Shown: piece by piece, positions 8,350-16,661 of the stretch
Layout of the letters: the number at the start of each line of letters is the position of its first letter
Numbering within the stretch: the first letter of the stretch is position 1
Assembly: GCF_000024865.1 (NCBI RefSeq)
Contig: NC_013595.1
Span: 4,091,798-4,123,797, forward strand
Length of the DNA stretch: 32,000 nt
Direction: 5' to 3'
Origin: Streptosporangium roseum DSM 43021
Lineage (GTDB): Bacteria > Actinomycetota > Actinomycetes > Streptosporangiales > Streptosporangiaceae
Position numbers and translations under genes: made by a program
Notes under the pieces: generated by a model
What the model was told of the DNA's origin: nothing
The model's database searches: none
The model's input: the letters and a program-made list of their open reading frames with translations, nothing else

Positions 8350-8635
8350 TCGTTCGGGACGCGCTGACCGGTGAGGCGTCCGCCAGCGCGTAGCCCGCCC
8401 GGTCCACCGCCGCGCGGATCTCCTCGTCGGAGAAGCCCGTCCCGCTGACCGTGACCAGGCCGGTGGCCAGGTCGACCTGGACGCCGGTCACGCCGCCGAC
8501 GCTTTCGACCTCGGCGGAGACCGACGAGACGCAGTGGCCACAGGTCATCCCGCTGACTGTGTAGACCTTGCCCTCAGTGATCTCCACCTGGGCGGAGGTG
8601 CTGTCCTGGGTGCCGCACGCGCATGCCGTGCACAT
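8336..8635 (-). CDS. HMA-domain copper chaperone paralog with Cys-rich N-terminal extension
   Basis: MCTACACGTQDSTSAQVEITEGKVYTVSGMTCGHCVSSVSAEVE... GAGAGGAG lies ~6 nt upstream of the ATG at 8635, whereas the ORF track starts at 8725. It has an MTCGHC HMA motif plus an extra CxxCxC at the N-terminus. Confidence 0.85.
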   Translation of the reverse strand: MCTACACGTQDSTSAQVEITEGKVYTVSGMTCGHCVSSVSAEVESVGGVTGVQVDLATGLVTVSGTGFSDEEIRAAVDRAGYALADASPVSASRTISVS

Positions 8636-8654
8636 GGGATTCTCCTCTCGCTGG

Positions 8655-8701
8655 TACCCCGGTGGGGTATGCATGTGACCGTAACATACCCCCAGGGGGT
8701 C
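8655..8701. promoter_or_regulatory. Pair of putative CsoR operators upstream of copZ2
   Basis: TACCCCGGTGGGGTA (8655..8669, perfect TACC-N7-GGTA) and TACCCCCAGGGGGTC (8687..8701), centres 32 bp apart. This is the same architecture as at 6692..6739. Confidence 0.6.
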
Positions 8702-8712
8702 TTGTTCCTCAA
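8683..8712 (-). promoter_or_regulatory. Candidate sigma-70-type promoter of copZ2
   Basis: The minus strand reads TTGAGG (8707..8712), an 18-nt spacer, then TATGTT (8683..8688). The distal CsoR-like box fills the spacer, a layout expected for repression. Confidence 0.4.
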
Positions 8713-8903
8713 GTCCGGAATCCACTGCATCGCGGGCGGACGCTGAAAGTCACGCCTTCCCCGCCGCCCGGCCATCCCCGGTCCCGCCGCGAAAAGACGT
8801 GCCTGCGGAGAACGATCCCGGGATGTCGCGCATCTAACGGTTCATGATCAGAACGCGGGTCCGGGACGCCGGTCCGCCGGGGCTCTCCGGAGCTCTCTGA
8901 AAC

Positions 8904-8937
8904 CTCCCGGCGGGCGAGGGGCCTCGCCTGCCGGGAG
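8904..8937. other. Strong GC hairpin in the copZ2/heparinase-like intergenic region
   Basis: CCTCCCGGCGGGCGAGG / CCTCGCCTGCCGGGAGG form a ~15-bp stem with one G-U pair. No gene ends nearby on either strand, so its function is unknown. Confidence 0.3.
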
Positions 8938-8998
8938 TCGTGTCCTTTCATGTCGCGAGCGCGCTGGGGCCGCTCGCGCCTTCTGATGGAGCAATCGC

Positions 8999-10672
8999 TT
9001 GCTTGACAAAAAACGGGGGATCATCGGGCTGGGCGCACTCGCCCTGACCTTCCTGACCTTCCTGGCCGTTCTGGCCTGCGGGCCGGTCGAGCTCTCCCTG
9101 GCCGACAGCCGGGGCAGGGTCACCTGCCAGAGTGGCCAGTTCTCCACCGTGACGGGGACCGACGCGATGAGAGGGCGGGTCGCCTTCGTCGGCCTTCCCC
9201 CGGTGGAGCTGGGCAGGGACGTCGACTGGCGTGCCGACCCCTACCGGAACCGCTCGTGGGCGCTGAACCTGCACACCCTGCGGTGGATGGGGCGGCTGGT
9301 CGTGGACTACGAGGCCACCGGGCGGCGCGAATACCTCGACCGGGCCACCGAGATCGCCAGGGACTGGGTGCGCGACAACCCGCGTGGAACGGCCGGTGTC
9401 AGCCCGTGGGCCTGGGCCGAGCATCCGGTGGCGCTCCGCGCCCCGGCTCTGGTCTGCCTCAGCGCTCACGTCAAGGACGACTGGCTGGCCGCCAGCCTGG
9501 CCGAGCACGCCGAGATCCTGGCCGACGCCACCCTTTACAAGGGCGGCCACAACCACGGCCTGGACCAGGACATCGCGCTGCTGGGCATCGGCTGCCGCTT
9601 CGGCGAGCAGAGGTGGACGGCTCTGGCGCTGCGCCGGATGACCGCCTCGGCCAGGTTCGCCATCGACGCGCAGGGAGTGCTGCGCGAGCAGGCCCCGCGC
9701 TACGGGCTCTACGTCCACCAGCGGATGCGCGTCGCGATGGAGCAGATCAAGGACTGCGGGGTCGGCATGCCCGCCGAGCTCACCCGGCGGTGGCGGTCGC
9801 TGGAGGACTACGTCGCCCACGCCACCCAGCCCGACGGCCGTCTGGCGCCCATCGGCGACAGCCCCGCCGACCTGCGCCCCAAAGGGATCTCCCCGAGGAA
9901 GGACACCGTGAAGGTGTTCACGGGCGGCTACGTCTTCGGCAGGACGGCCTGGCAGGACGCGGACTCGGCCTATTATTCGATCAGGTTCGGCCCCGGGCGC
10001 GCGCTCCACGGGCACGAGGACCATCTCGGTGTGAGCTACCACGCGCGGCGGCGCGACATCCTGGTGGAGGCGGGCTTCCACTCCTACGAGAAGACGCCCT
10101 ACCAGAGGTGGACGCTCTCGCCGCAGGCCCACAACGTTCCCGTCGTGGTCGGCGCGGACTTCCGGGAAGGTACGGCGGCACGCCTGCTGGGGGAGGCCGC
10201 CGGCCGTACGCGCCAGTCCTTCCGGCTCGCCGACGAGGCCTACGGCCTCACCCGTACCCGGTCCGTGCTGGTCGAGCACGGCACGGATCTGATGGCCGTA
10301 CTGGACGTGGTCCCGCGGGGGCGGCAGGTGCGCCCGCTGTGGCACCTCGGCCCCGCGCTCAGCGCGACCGCCGCGGGGGACGGCAGGGTGGTGCTGGCCG
10401 ACGGGCGCTGGCGGGCGTCGCTGATCCAGCTGGAGATGCCCGCGTGCAGGCCGATCGGCGGCCAGTCGGTCCGGTCCGGGGAGATCTCGCCCGGTTACCT
10501 GAAGAGGATCAAGGTCCCGACGGTGGTCTCCCCGGCGGCGGGAGCCCTGCTGACCGTGATCGTGCCGGGCGCCGCCGACCCGGAGATCTCCTGCTCCGGT
10601 GGGAACGTGCGGGTCCGGACCCCGGGCGGCACGGTCTCCTTCACGGCAGACGTCTCCACGGGGCTCGTCTGA
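8999..10672 (+). CDS. Heparinase II/III family protein (polysaccharide lyase-like), N-terminally membrane-anchored
   Basis: TTG start with an N-terminal TM/signal anchor (IIGLGALALTFLTFLAVLAC). The alpha/alpha-toroid-like region has NRSWALNLHTLRWMGRLV and GHNHGLDQDIAL. The C-terminal region has the Hepar_II_III signature HGHEDHLGVSYHARRRDILVEAGFHSY...AHNVPVV. Confidence 0.8.
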   Translation: MLDKKRGIIGLGALALTFLTFLAVLACGPVELSLADSRGRVTCQSGQFSTVTGTDAMRGRVAFVGLPPVELGRDVDWRADPYRNRSWALNLHTLRWMGRLVVDYEATGRREYLDRATEIARDWVRDNPRGTAGVSPWAWAEHPVALRAPALVCLSAHVKDDWLAASLAEHAEILADATLYKGGHNHGLDQDIALLGIGCRFGEQRWTALALRRMTASARFAIDAQGVLREQAPRYGLYVHQRMRVAMEQIKDCGVGMPAELTRRWRSLEDYVAHATQPDGRLAPIGDSPADLRPKGISPRKDTVKVFTGGYVFGRTAWQDADSAYYSIRFGPGRALHGHEDHLGVSYHARRRDILVEAGFHSYEKTPYQRWTLSPQAHNVPVVVGADFREGTAARLLGEAAGRTRQSFRLADEAYGLTRTRSVLVEHGTDLMAVLDVVPRGRQVRPLWHLGPALSATAAGDGRVVLADGRWRASLIQLEMPACRPIGGQSVRSGEISPGYLKRIKVPTVVSPAAGALLTVIVPGAADPEISCSGGNVRVRTPGGTVSFTADVSTGLV

Positions 10673-10689
10673 CGGTCTCCCGCCGTCCG

Positions 10690-10727
10690 CCTCCCCGGCC
10701 CGGCCCGGCCCGGCCGGGCCGGGGAGG
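10690..10727. terminator. Bidirectional terminator-like hairpin between convergent genes
   Basis: A perfect 16-bp stem, CCTCCCCGGCCCGGCC (10690..10705) / GGCCGGGCCGGGGAGG (10712..10727), with loop CGGCCC. It lies between the heparinase-like stop (10672) and the permease stop (10754). There is no U-tract. Confidence 0.55.
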
Positions 10728-10753
10728 GGCCCGGAAGGTGGGTGGCGGTGCCG

Positions 10754-12205
10754 TCAGCGCTCGTCCGGCGGGACCCCGCCGCCGTGCGCCGCCTCCGCCC
10801 TGGCCAGCTCGGAGTGCCGGTAGGAGTATGCGAAGTAGACGACCAGGCCGATCAGGAACCACGCCAGGAAGCGCACCCACGTCTGCCACTGCAGGAAGGT
10901 GATCAGCCAGAGCGAGAAGACGACGCCGATCGCGGGCACCAGCGGCATTCCGGGGCAGCGGAAGGTCCGAGGCAGGTCGGGTTGCCGGTAGCGCAGCACG
11001 ATCACCGCCGTGCACACGACCGCGAAGGCGAGCAGGATGCCGATGTTGGTCAGCTCCGCGGCCTCCCTGATGGGGAGGAACCCGGCGATGAACGCCGAGG
11101 CGACGCCGACGATCCACGTCACGCGCGTCGGCACGTGCCGCGTCGGGTGCGTCTTGGCGAACCACTTGGGCAGCAGCCCGTCGCGGCTCATCGAGAACCA
11201 GACACGGCTCACCCCGAGCATGAAGGTGAACATCACGGTGAGGATGCCGACGATCGCCCCGACCGCGATCACGTCGGCCAGGCGGCTCAGGCCCACGGAC
11301 TTGAACGCCGTGGAGAAGCCGCTCTCCTTGTCGATCTCCGTGTATTTCTGCATGCCCGTCAGCACCAGGCAGGCCAGCACGTACAGGACCATCGAGATGG
11401 CGAGCGAGTACACGATCGCCTTCGGCATGTGGCGCTGGGCGTCCTTGGACTCCTCCGCCGCCGTGCTCATGGCGTCGTAGCCGAAGACGGCGAAGAAGAC
11501 CGTGGCCGCCCCGGTTATGGCGCCGCCGATGCCGAAGGGGAAGAACGGGACGTAGTTGTCGGAGTTGATGTAGAAGAAGCCGATGACGATGACCATCAGC
11601 ACCACGGCGACCTTCAGCCCGACGACGGCCGTCTCGAACCGGGCCGCGTTCTTCATGCCGAGGTTCAGCAGATATGCGATGAACAGGCACAGTATGGCGG
11701 CGAACAGGTCCACCTGGTGCCCTTCCCCCGTTCCCGGGGCCCCCAGCATCCACGCGGGCAACTGCAGGCCCAGGTCGCCGAGCAGGAACGAGAAGTAGCC
11801 GGAGATGCCGATGGCGACGACCGCGACGATCGCGGTGTACTCCAGCAGCAGGTCCCAGCCGATGAACCAGCCCGGCAGCTCGCCGAGGACCGCGTAGCCG
11901 TAGGTGTAGGCCGACCCCGCTTTCGGGATGAGGCCCGCGAACTCCGCGTAGGAGAGCGCCGCCGCCGCGCTCGCGATCCCGGCGATCAGGAACGACACCA
12001 CCACCGCGGGACCCGCCGTGCCGTTGGCGACCGTGCCCGCGAGCGTGAAGATGCCTGCGCCGATGATGCCGCCCACCCCGATCGCGGTGAGCTGCCAGAG
12101 TCCCAGCACGCGGGTGAGCTGCTCGCTCTTGCCGCCCTCCGGTTCTTCGATGTGCTCGATGGGTTTACGGCGTAGCACGCCCGATCCCGACCGAAATATG
12201 GCCAT
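10754..12205 (-). CDS. APC-superfamily amino acid permease (cationic amino acid transporter-like)
   Basis: The protein starts MAIFRSGSGVLRRKPIEHI. The motif LGLWQLTAIGVGGIIGAGIFTLAG is a typical APC signature. It is ~483 aa with about 12-14 TM helices. GGAGAGGA lies 6 nt upstream of the ATG at 12205. Confidence 0.9.
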   Translation of the reverse strand: MAIFRSGSGVLRRKPIEHIEEPEGGKSEQLTRVLGLWQLTAIGVGGIIGAGIFTLAGTVANGTAGPAVVVSFLIAGIASAAAALSYAEFAGLIPKAGSAYTYGYAVLGELPGWFIGWDLLLEYTAIVAVVAIGISGYFSFLLGDLGLQLPAWMLGAPGTGEGHQVDLFAAILCLFIAYLLNLGMKNAARFETAVVGLKVAVVLMVIVIGFFYINSDNYVPFFPFGIGGAITGAATVFFAVFGYDAMSTAAEESKDAQRHMPKAIVYSLAISMVLYVLACLVLTGMQKYTEIDKESGFSTAFKSVGLSRLADVIAVGAIVGILTVMFTFMLGVSRVWFSMSRDGLLPKWFAKTHPTRHVPTRVTWIVGVASAFIAGFLPIREAAELTNIGILLAFAVVCTAVIVLRYRQPDLPRTFRCPGMPLVPAIGVVFSLWLITFLQWQTWVRFLAWFLIGLVVYFAYSYRHSELARAEAAHGGGVPPDER

Positions 12206-12513
12206 GGCGCATCCTCTCCGCACGACCGCAGCGGACTGTCTTGATCCGATATCGGGTCCAATGAAGGGCTCTTACCCTGTTTCACCTGGGCCGATGCTGA
12301 CGGCACCCGGCTCGGGGCCATGCCGTGCCCATCGGCCGGCGGTCCGGCCTCTCCCGGCCACCCGGCGGCGAGGCGGTGATCTCCGGGCACCGCTCTTCCG
12401 TATCCCCGCCGTCCGCCGGGCACTCCCATTAGTGTGGAGAGGGTCGATCATTACCGGCTCGGGGCTGTTAAGACGATTACCCACATTTCCATATCGCCAT
12501 GAGTGAGGCATGA

Positions 12514-14235
12514 GTGAAGACACCATTCGCCGCCTTCCGGCTCCGAATCGCGTTCATCTTCCTGGCGGTAGCGGCTTTCGTTCTGGGCTACGTCGGCATG
12601 CGGACCTATCTGGTCTCCCGGCCGGAGTTCGCGCGCTCGCCGCTGGACATCGTCTATTACGATCTCCAGCTGTTCGTTCTCGATCCCATCCCTTTCGACG
12701 GCATGACCCCGCTGCCGTGGACGCTGGAACTGGCCAGGTTCATCGCGCCCGCCGTGACGATCTACGCCCTGATCGAGGCGGCGCGGCTCATGCTCACCAC
12801 CGAGATCCGGCGGATCCGGGCGCGGGAGGCGCGGCGGCACGCCGTGATCTGCGGGGAGGGACCGATGGCCCGGGGACTGGTCGAGAAGCTGCGCGCCGCC
12901 GGGCGTGACGTCGTGGTGGTCACCTCCACCCCCGTCACCGTCCTGGACGACCCTCGCGTGCTCCAGGTGGTCGGCGACGCCCGCACCCCCGCCGTGCTCA
13001 GGGCGGCGGGGGTCGGCAGGGCCGAGGTGCTCTACGCCTGCGAGCAGGACAGCTCCACGAACACGGGGATCGCCCTGGCCGCTCACAGGGTCAGGCGGTC
13101 CGCCGCCGGCCCGCTGGCGGCCTACGTCCTCATCTCCGACCCCGATCTCTGCGCGGCCCTGCGTGCCCGGCGGCTGGGCGTGGTGGACCCGCCCGGCATC
13201 CGGCTGGACTTCTTCAACCTCGACGAACTCGCCGCCCGGGTGCTGCTGGACCGCGATCCCGTCGACGAATGCCTGCCCGTCACGCTTGTCGGCCTCGACG
13301 GCTTCGGCAGCGCGCTGCTCGTCGGCCTGGCCCGGCGGTGGCGGCTACGGTCTCCGCAGTCCCAGCCGAGACTGCCGGTGACCGTCATCGACGCGGACGC
13401 CGACGCGACACTGTCCGTCATACGCCGGAGATGCGAATTCATCGACTCCGTCCTCGACCTCACGACCGTCCACCCTCGCCTGCTCGACTCCGGCGAGCAC
13501 GCCCCCGCCGACGTGCCGCAGCGGGTGTACGTGTGCTACCGCGACGAGGACCTGGCCCTGAAGACCGCGCTGACCACCCTGCGGCTGTGGACCAGGTCAC
13601 CGCGCTCGCTCGTGATCCGGGTCGAACGGCAGGGAATGTTCGACCAGGCCTTCCAGGGAGTGAGCCTCCTGGAGGACCTGGCCGGCCTCCTGCGGGTGTT
13701 CGCCGTCACCGAGGAGGCCGGTGATCCGCGTCTGATCGCCGAGGACCTCATCGAGCAGCTGGCACGGACCATCCACGAGAACTACGTCTACGGCTGCCTC
13801 ACGAGCGGAGAGTCCCCGGAGACCAACGACTCGCTGGTCGCCTGGCCGAAGCTGCCCGAGAGCCTGAAGAAGGCCAACCGCAGCCAGGCCCAGGACATCG
13901 GCCGCAAGCTCAAGGCCGTCGGGGCCGTCCTCGCATCACGGGTGGACCCCGGACTCGGGTTCGCCTTCACCGAAGCGGAGATCGAGCGGCTCGCCGCCAT
14001 GGAGCACCGGCGCTGGATGGACGAGCGCGCCGCGGACGGCTGGACCCACGGCCCCTCCCGCGACACCGTCCGCAAGCTCCACCCCGACATGGAGGACTGG
14101 GCCCGCCTCCACGAATCGGCCAAGGAGAAGGATCGCAACGTCGTACGCCACCTGCCCGCCGTGCTCGCCATGGCCGGTTTCCAGATCGTCCGCATGGAGG
14201 GGGCCGCCCCGGAGGTCCCGCGGAGCTTCCTGTGA
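12514..14235 (+). CDS. 2-TM membrane protein with TrkA-N (Rossmann, NAD-binding-like) domain and C-terminal RyR (ryanodine-receptor repeat) domain
   Basis: GTG start with TGAGG 5 nt upstream. Two N-terminal hydrophobic helices are followed by a GxGxxA fold (AVICGEGPMARGLVEKLRAAGRDVVVV). The C-terminal region has LARTIHENYVYG...WPKLPESLKKANRSQA and ERLAAMEHRRWMDERAADGWTHGPSRD...LHPDMEDWARLHESAKEKDRNVVRHLPAVLAMAGFQIV, matching the bacterial RyR domain pattern. Confidence 0.75.
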   Translation: MKTPFAAFRLRIAFIFLAVAAFVLGYVGMRTYLVSRPEFARSPLDIVYYDLQLFVLDPIPFDGMTPLPWTLELARFIAPAVTIYALIEAARLMLTTEIRRIRAREARRHAVICGEGPMARGLVEKLRAAGRDVVVVTSTPVTVLDDPRVLQVVGDARTPAVLRAAGVGRAEVLYACEQDSSTNTGIALAAHRVRRSAAGPLAAYVLISDPDLCAALRARRLGVVDPPGIRLDFFNLDELAARVLLDRDPVDECLPVTLVGLDGFGSALLVGLARRWRLRSPQSQPRLPVTVIDADADATLSVIRRRCEFIDSVLDLTTVHPRLLDSGEHAPADVPQRVYVCYRDEDLALKTALTTLRLWTRSPRSLVIRVERQGMFDQAFQGVSLLEDLAGLLRVFAVTEEAGDPRLIAEDLIEQLARTIHENYVYGCLTSGESPETNDSLVAWPKLPESLKKANRSQAQDIGRKLKAVGAVLASRVDPGLGFAFTEAEIERLAAMEHRRWMDERAADGWTHGPSRDTVRKLHPDMEDWARLHESAKEKDRNVVRHLPAVLAMAGFQIVRMEGAAPEVPRSFL

Positions 14236-14298
14236 GCGGAGCCCTCTACGGGCGCGGGGCGCCCCGGAGACCCGATCCGTCCGGTCACCGCGGCTGTC

Positions 14299-15231
14299 TC
14301 ATCCGGCCACCAGGGGGATCACCACCAGCAGCAGGTCGGCCGCCAGGACCATGGACAGGCTCCGTTTGCGCATCGTCCTCTCATCGGGAAGGTTCTCGTC
14401 GGAGATGCCGGGCAGCAGGCCGAGTTTGTCGATGAGGAAAGCGGCGCAGGCCGCGACGCCCAGGAGTGACCACGCCGGGCCGTAGAGCCACCACAGGCCC
14501 CACCCGACGAGCACGAGCGCGCCCGCCGTGGCCGCGCAGGCCACCAGCAGGGACCGGTAGGCGCCGTGCCGTACGGCAGGCGGGCGGTCACCGGCGGCGG
14601 CGTCTCCGGCCAGGTCCGGAATGGACCACCACAGCGAGCGTCCGAACAGCAGCACCGCCAGGCCGGCGAACACCAGCCAGACGGGCGCCGGGACGTCCGG
14701 GCGGACGGCCGAGTAGGTCGACACGCAGGGCAGGAAGGCGAAGGTCAGGGCGAAGTAGGCGGGGTTGGCGAAGCCGCGCCGCTTCAGGCGGACGGGTTCG
14801 AGGTTGTAGAGCAGGTGCAGGACGATCGCCAGCCCCACGCCGATCGCCACCGCCGGACGGCCGAGCCCCACCGAGACCGCGGTCGCCAGCACCAGTGCCA
14901 GCGTCTTCTCGATCGCGGCGCACCGGAAGGCCACGGCCGGGCTGAGCCGCCGGGTCGCGGTGGCGATGCCGCCCTTCCCCCGCGTGTGGGAGTCCGCGCG
15001 GATGTCCAGCGCCGCGTTGAGCGGATTCTGCGAGACGACGGCGAGCAGGTTGGCCAGGAGGGTGACCAGTACGGGCACGGTGAACAGCTGCCCGGGGTCG
15101 GTCGCCGCGAAGCAGGCGCCCCAGAGCACGTGACACGCGTATACCGCCGGGAATGGGTATTCGAGCCGGTGGATGCGGATCAGTGCCCGTCCCCGGGTCA
15201 TCGGCCGGCTCCGAGTGGCCAGCGAGGTCAT
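14299..15231 (-). CDS. UbiA-superfamily membrane prenyltransferase / UbiA-type terpene synthase candidate
   Basis: About 8 TM helices. First Asp-rich motif NAALDIRAD (NxxxDxxxD) and second DLAGD (DxxxD) are present. AAGGAG lies 5 nt upstream of the ATG at 15231 (the ORF track starts at 15270). It is the last gene of the terpenoid operon, 49 nt after the P450 stop. Confidence 0.8.
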   Translation of the reverse strand: MTSLATRSRPMTRGRALIRIHRLEYPFPAVYACHVLWGACFAATDPGQLFTVPVLVTLLANLLAVVSQNPLNAALDIRADSHTRGKGGIATATRRLSPAVAFRCAAIEKTLALVLATAVSVGLGRPAVAIGVGLAIVLHLLYNLEPVRLKRRGFANPAYFALTFAFLPCVSTYSAVRPDVPAPVWLVFAGLAVLLFGRSLWWSIPDLAGDAAAGDRPPAVRHGAYRSLLVACAATAGALVLVGWGLWWLYGPAWSLLGVAACAAFLIDKLGLLPGISDENLPDERTMRKRSLSMVLAADLLLVVIPLVAG

Positions 15232-15280
15232 CGAATCTCCTTGAGTGTGGAGGCCCCGGGCTTCAGCCATGGGGAGGAAG

Positions 15281-16609
15281 TCAACCCTCGGTTCTCGTCA
15301 TGGGGGTGCCCGCGGCCGTCCCGCCCGATGTCCCGGCCCGCCGGGGGCACCCGCCGACCGCCATCCTGAGCGGCCCGGGACCCATGGCGGGCCCTCGCAG
15401 GTTCGGCACCCCGGCCTCGGGGTTGAGGCAGCGGAGAGCGTGCCGGCGCAGCACCGCCGCGACGACCATCCGCATCTCCAGCATGGCCAGGTTCGCGCCG
15501 AGGCACCGGCGGGTCCCTCCGCCGAAGGGGAGATACTCCTGGGCGGATCTCCGCGTGTCCAGGAACCGCGCGGGATCGAAGCGCCACGGGTGCGGGTAGG
15601 CCTCCGGGTTGCGATGGGCCAGGGCGATGCACGGGGTGAGGCGGGTGCCCGCAGGCATGGGCCGGCCGGCGATCCGCCGGTCGGCGGTGAGCGTCCGGTT
15701 GCCGGCGACCGTGGCGGGGGGAGAGATCCGCAGGGCTTCCTGGCACACCGCGTTCAGCAGGGGGACCCTCTCGGCGGCGGAGCCGTCGTCGCCGGTCGCG
15801 GCCAGCTCCTCCTGGACGTCGTGGCGGACGCGGTCGTCGCGGTGCAGCCAGAACAGGGTCCAGGCGATCGCGGACGCGGTCGTCTCATGGCCGGCGAACA
15901 GCAGCGACACCAGCTGGTCGGAGAGCTCCTCGTCGCCGACGGGGCCGAGGGGCTCGCTTCCGGCGGACAGCCGCGCGGCGAGCGTGGACGGTCCCGCGGC
16001 CGCCGTCGCGGGACGCGCGGCCTCCAGGAGGCTGTGGACGATCTCCGTCCTGCGCCGCCGGAAGGTCCGCCACGGTGACGGCAGCGGTCCGGGCACCCGC
16101 AGGTGGCGGTAGGCGAGGGTGCGGGGCCGGGATCCGAGCGTGTACTCCACCCACCTCGTGAAGGGGCCGAGCGTCTCGTGCCCGGCGTGGCCGAGCACGA
16201 TCTGCCCGATGATCCGGAGCGTCAGGTCGCGGGTCCATTCGGGCAGGCAGAACACCTCGCCCGGGACCAGCCCGTCCAGCGCGGCGTCGACGGCGTCACG
16301 GATGGTGCCGTGGTAGGCGGCCAGCCGGTGCCCGCGCAACGCCGTACCGACCACCTTGCGGTAGGCCGCGTGCCGTGGCCCGTTGGCGAAGAGCAGGGAG
16401 TGGGGCCCGACCAGAGGTCCCAGGGTGTCGCTGCCCTCCAGGACCATCTGCTGTTCGGAGCGGAAGATCTCCCCGACCGTCTCGGGGTGCCAGACCAGCA
16501 GTCGCGGCTCCGGAGCCGAGCCGAGCTCGACCATGCCGGTCCCGTCCGCGGCGTGGGCCTCCAGGAACGACCGCGTGCGCAGGGCGAACCGGTATCCGTT
16601 GAGGTTCAC
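15281..16609 (-). CDS. Cytochrome P450 monooxygenase
   Basis: Heme loop FGGGTRRCLG, I-helix LLFAGHETTASA and ExxR (EALR). Track ORF 15281..17287 runs 226 codons too far upstream, into the cyclase gene. I start at GTG 16609 (VNLNGYRFALRTRSFLE...), which has GGAGGGGG ~9 nt upstream. Confidence 0.9.
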   Translation of the reverse strand: MNLNGYRFALRTRSFLEAHAADGTGMVELGSAPEPRLLVWHPETVGEIFRSEQQMVLEGSDTLGPLVGPHSLLFANGPRHAAYRKVVGTALRGHRLAAYHGTIRDAVDAALDGLVPGEVFCLPEWTRDLTLRIIGQIVLGHAGHETLGPFTRWVEYTLGSRPRTLAYRHLRVPGPLPSPWRTFRRRRTEIVHSLLEAARPATAAAGPSTLAARLSAGSEPLGPVGDEELSDQLVSLLFAGHETTASAIAWTLFWLHRDDRVRHDVQEELAATGDDGSAAERVPLLNAVCQEALRISPPATVAGNRTLTADRRIAGRPMPAGTRLTPCIALAHRNPEAYPHPWRFDPARFLDTRRSAQEYLPFGGGTRRCLGANLAMLEMRMVVAAVLRRHALRCLNPEAGVPNLRGPAMGPGPLRMAVGGCPRRAGTSGGTAAGTPMTRTEG

Positions 16610-16661
16610 GCCGCCACCCCCTCCGCGCCTGCCGGGGGAGGAGCGCCGGGTGCGGGGGATG

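Noticed and set aside
8948-10902. Long ORFs 8948..10345 (-) and 9256..10902 (+) overlapping the heparinase-like gene
   Set aside because: These are shadow frames with R/P/G-rich translations. The 8999..10672 frame carries recognisable Hepar_II_III motifs.
10641-12175. ORFs 10641..11753 (-) and 10742..12175 (+) over the permease locus
   Set aside because: They are alternative or antisense frames of the APC permease gene, with highly charged D/R/G-rich translations and no motifs.
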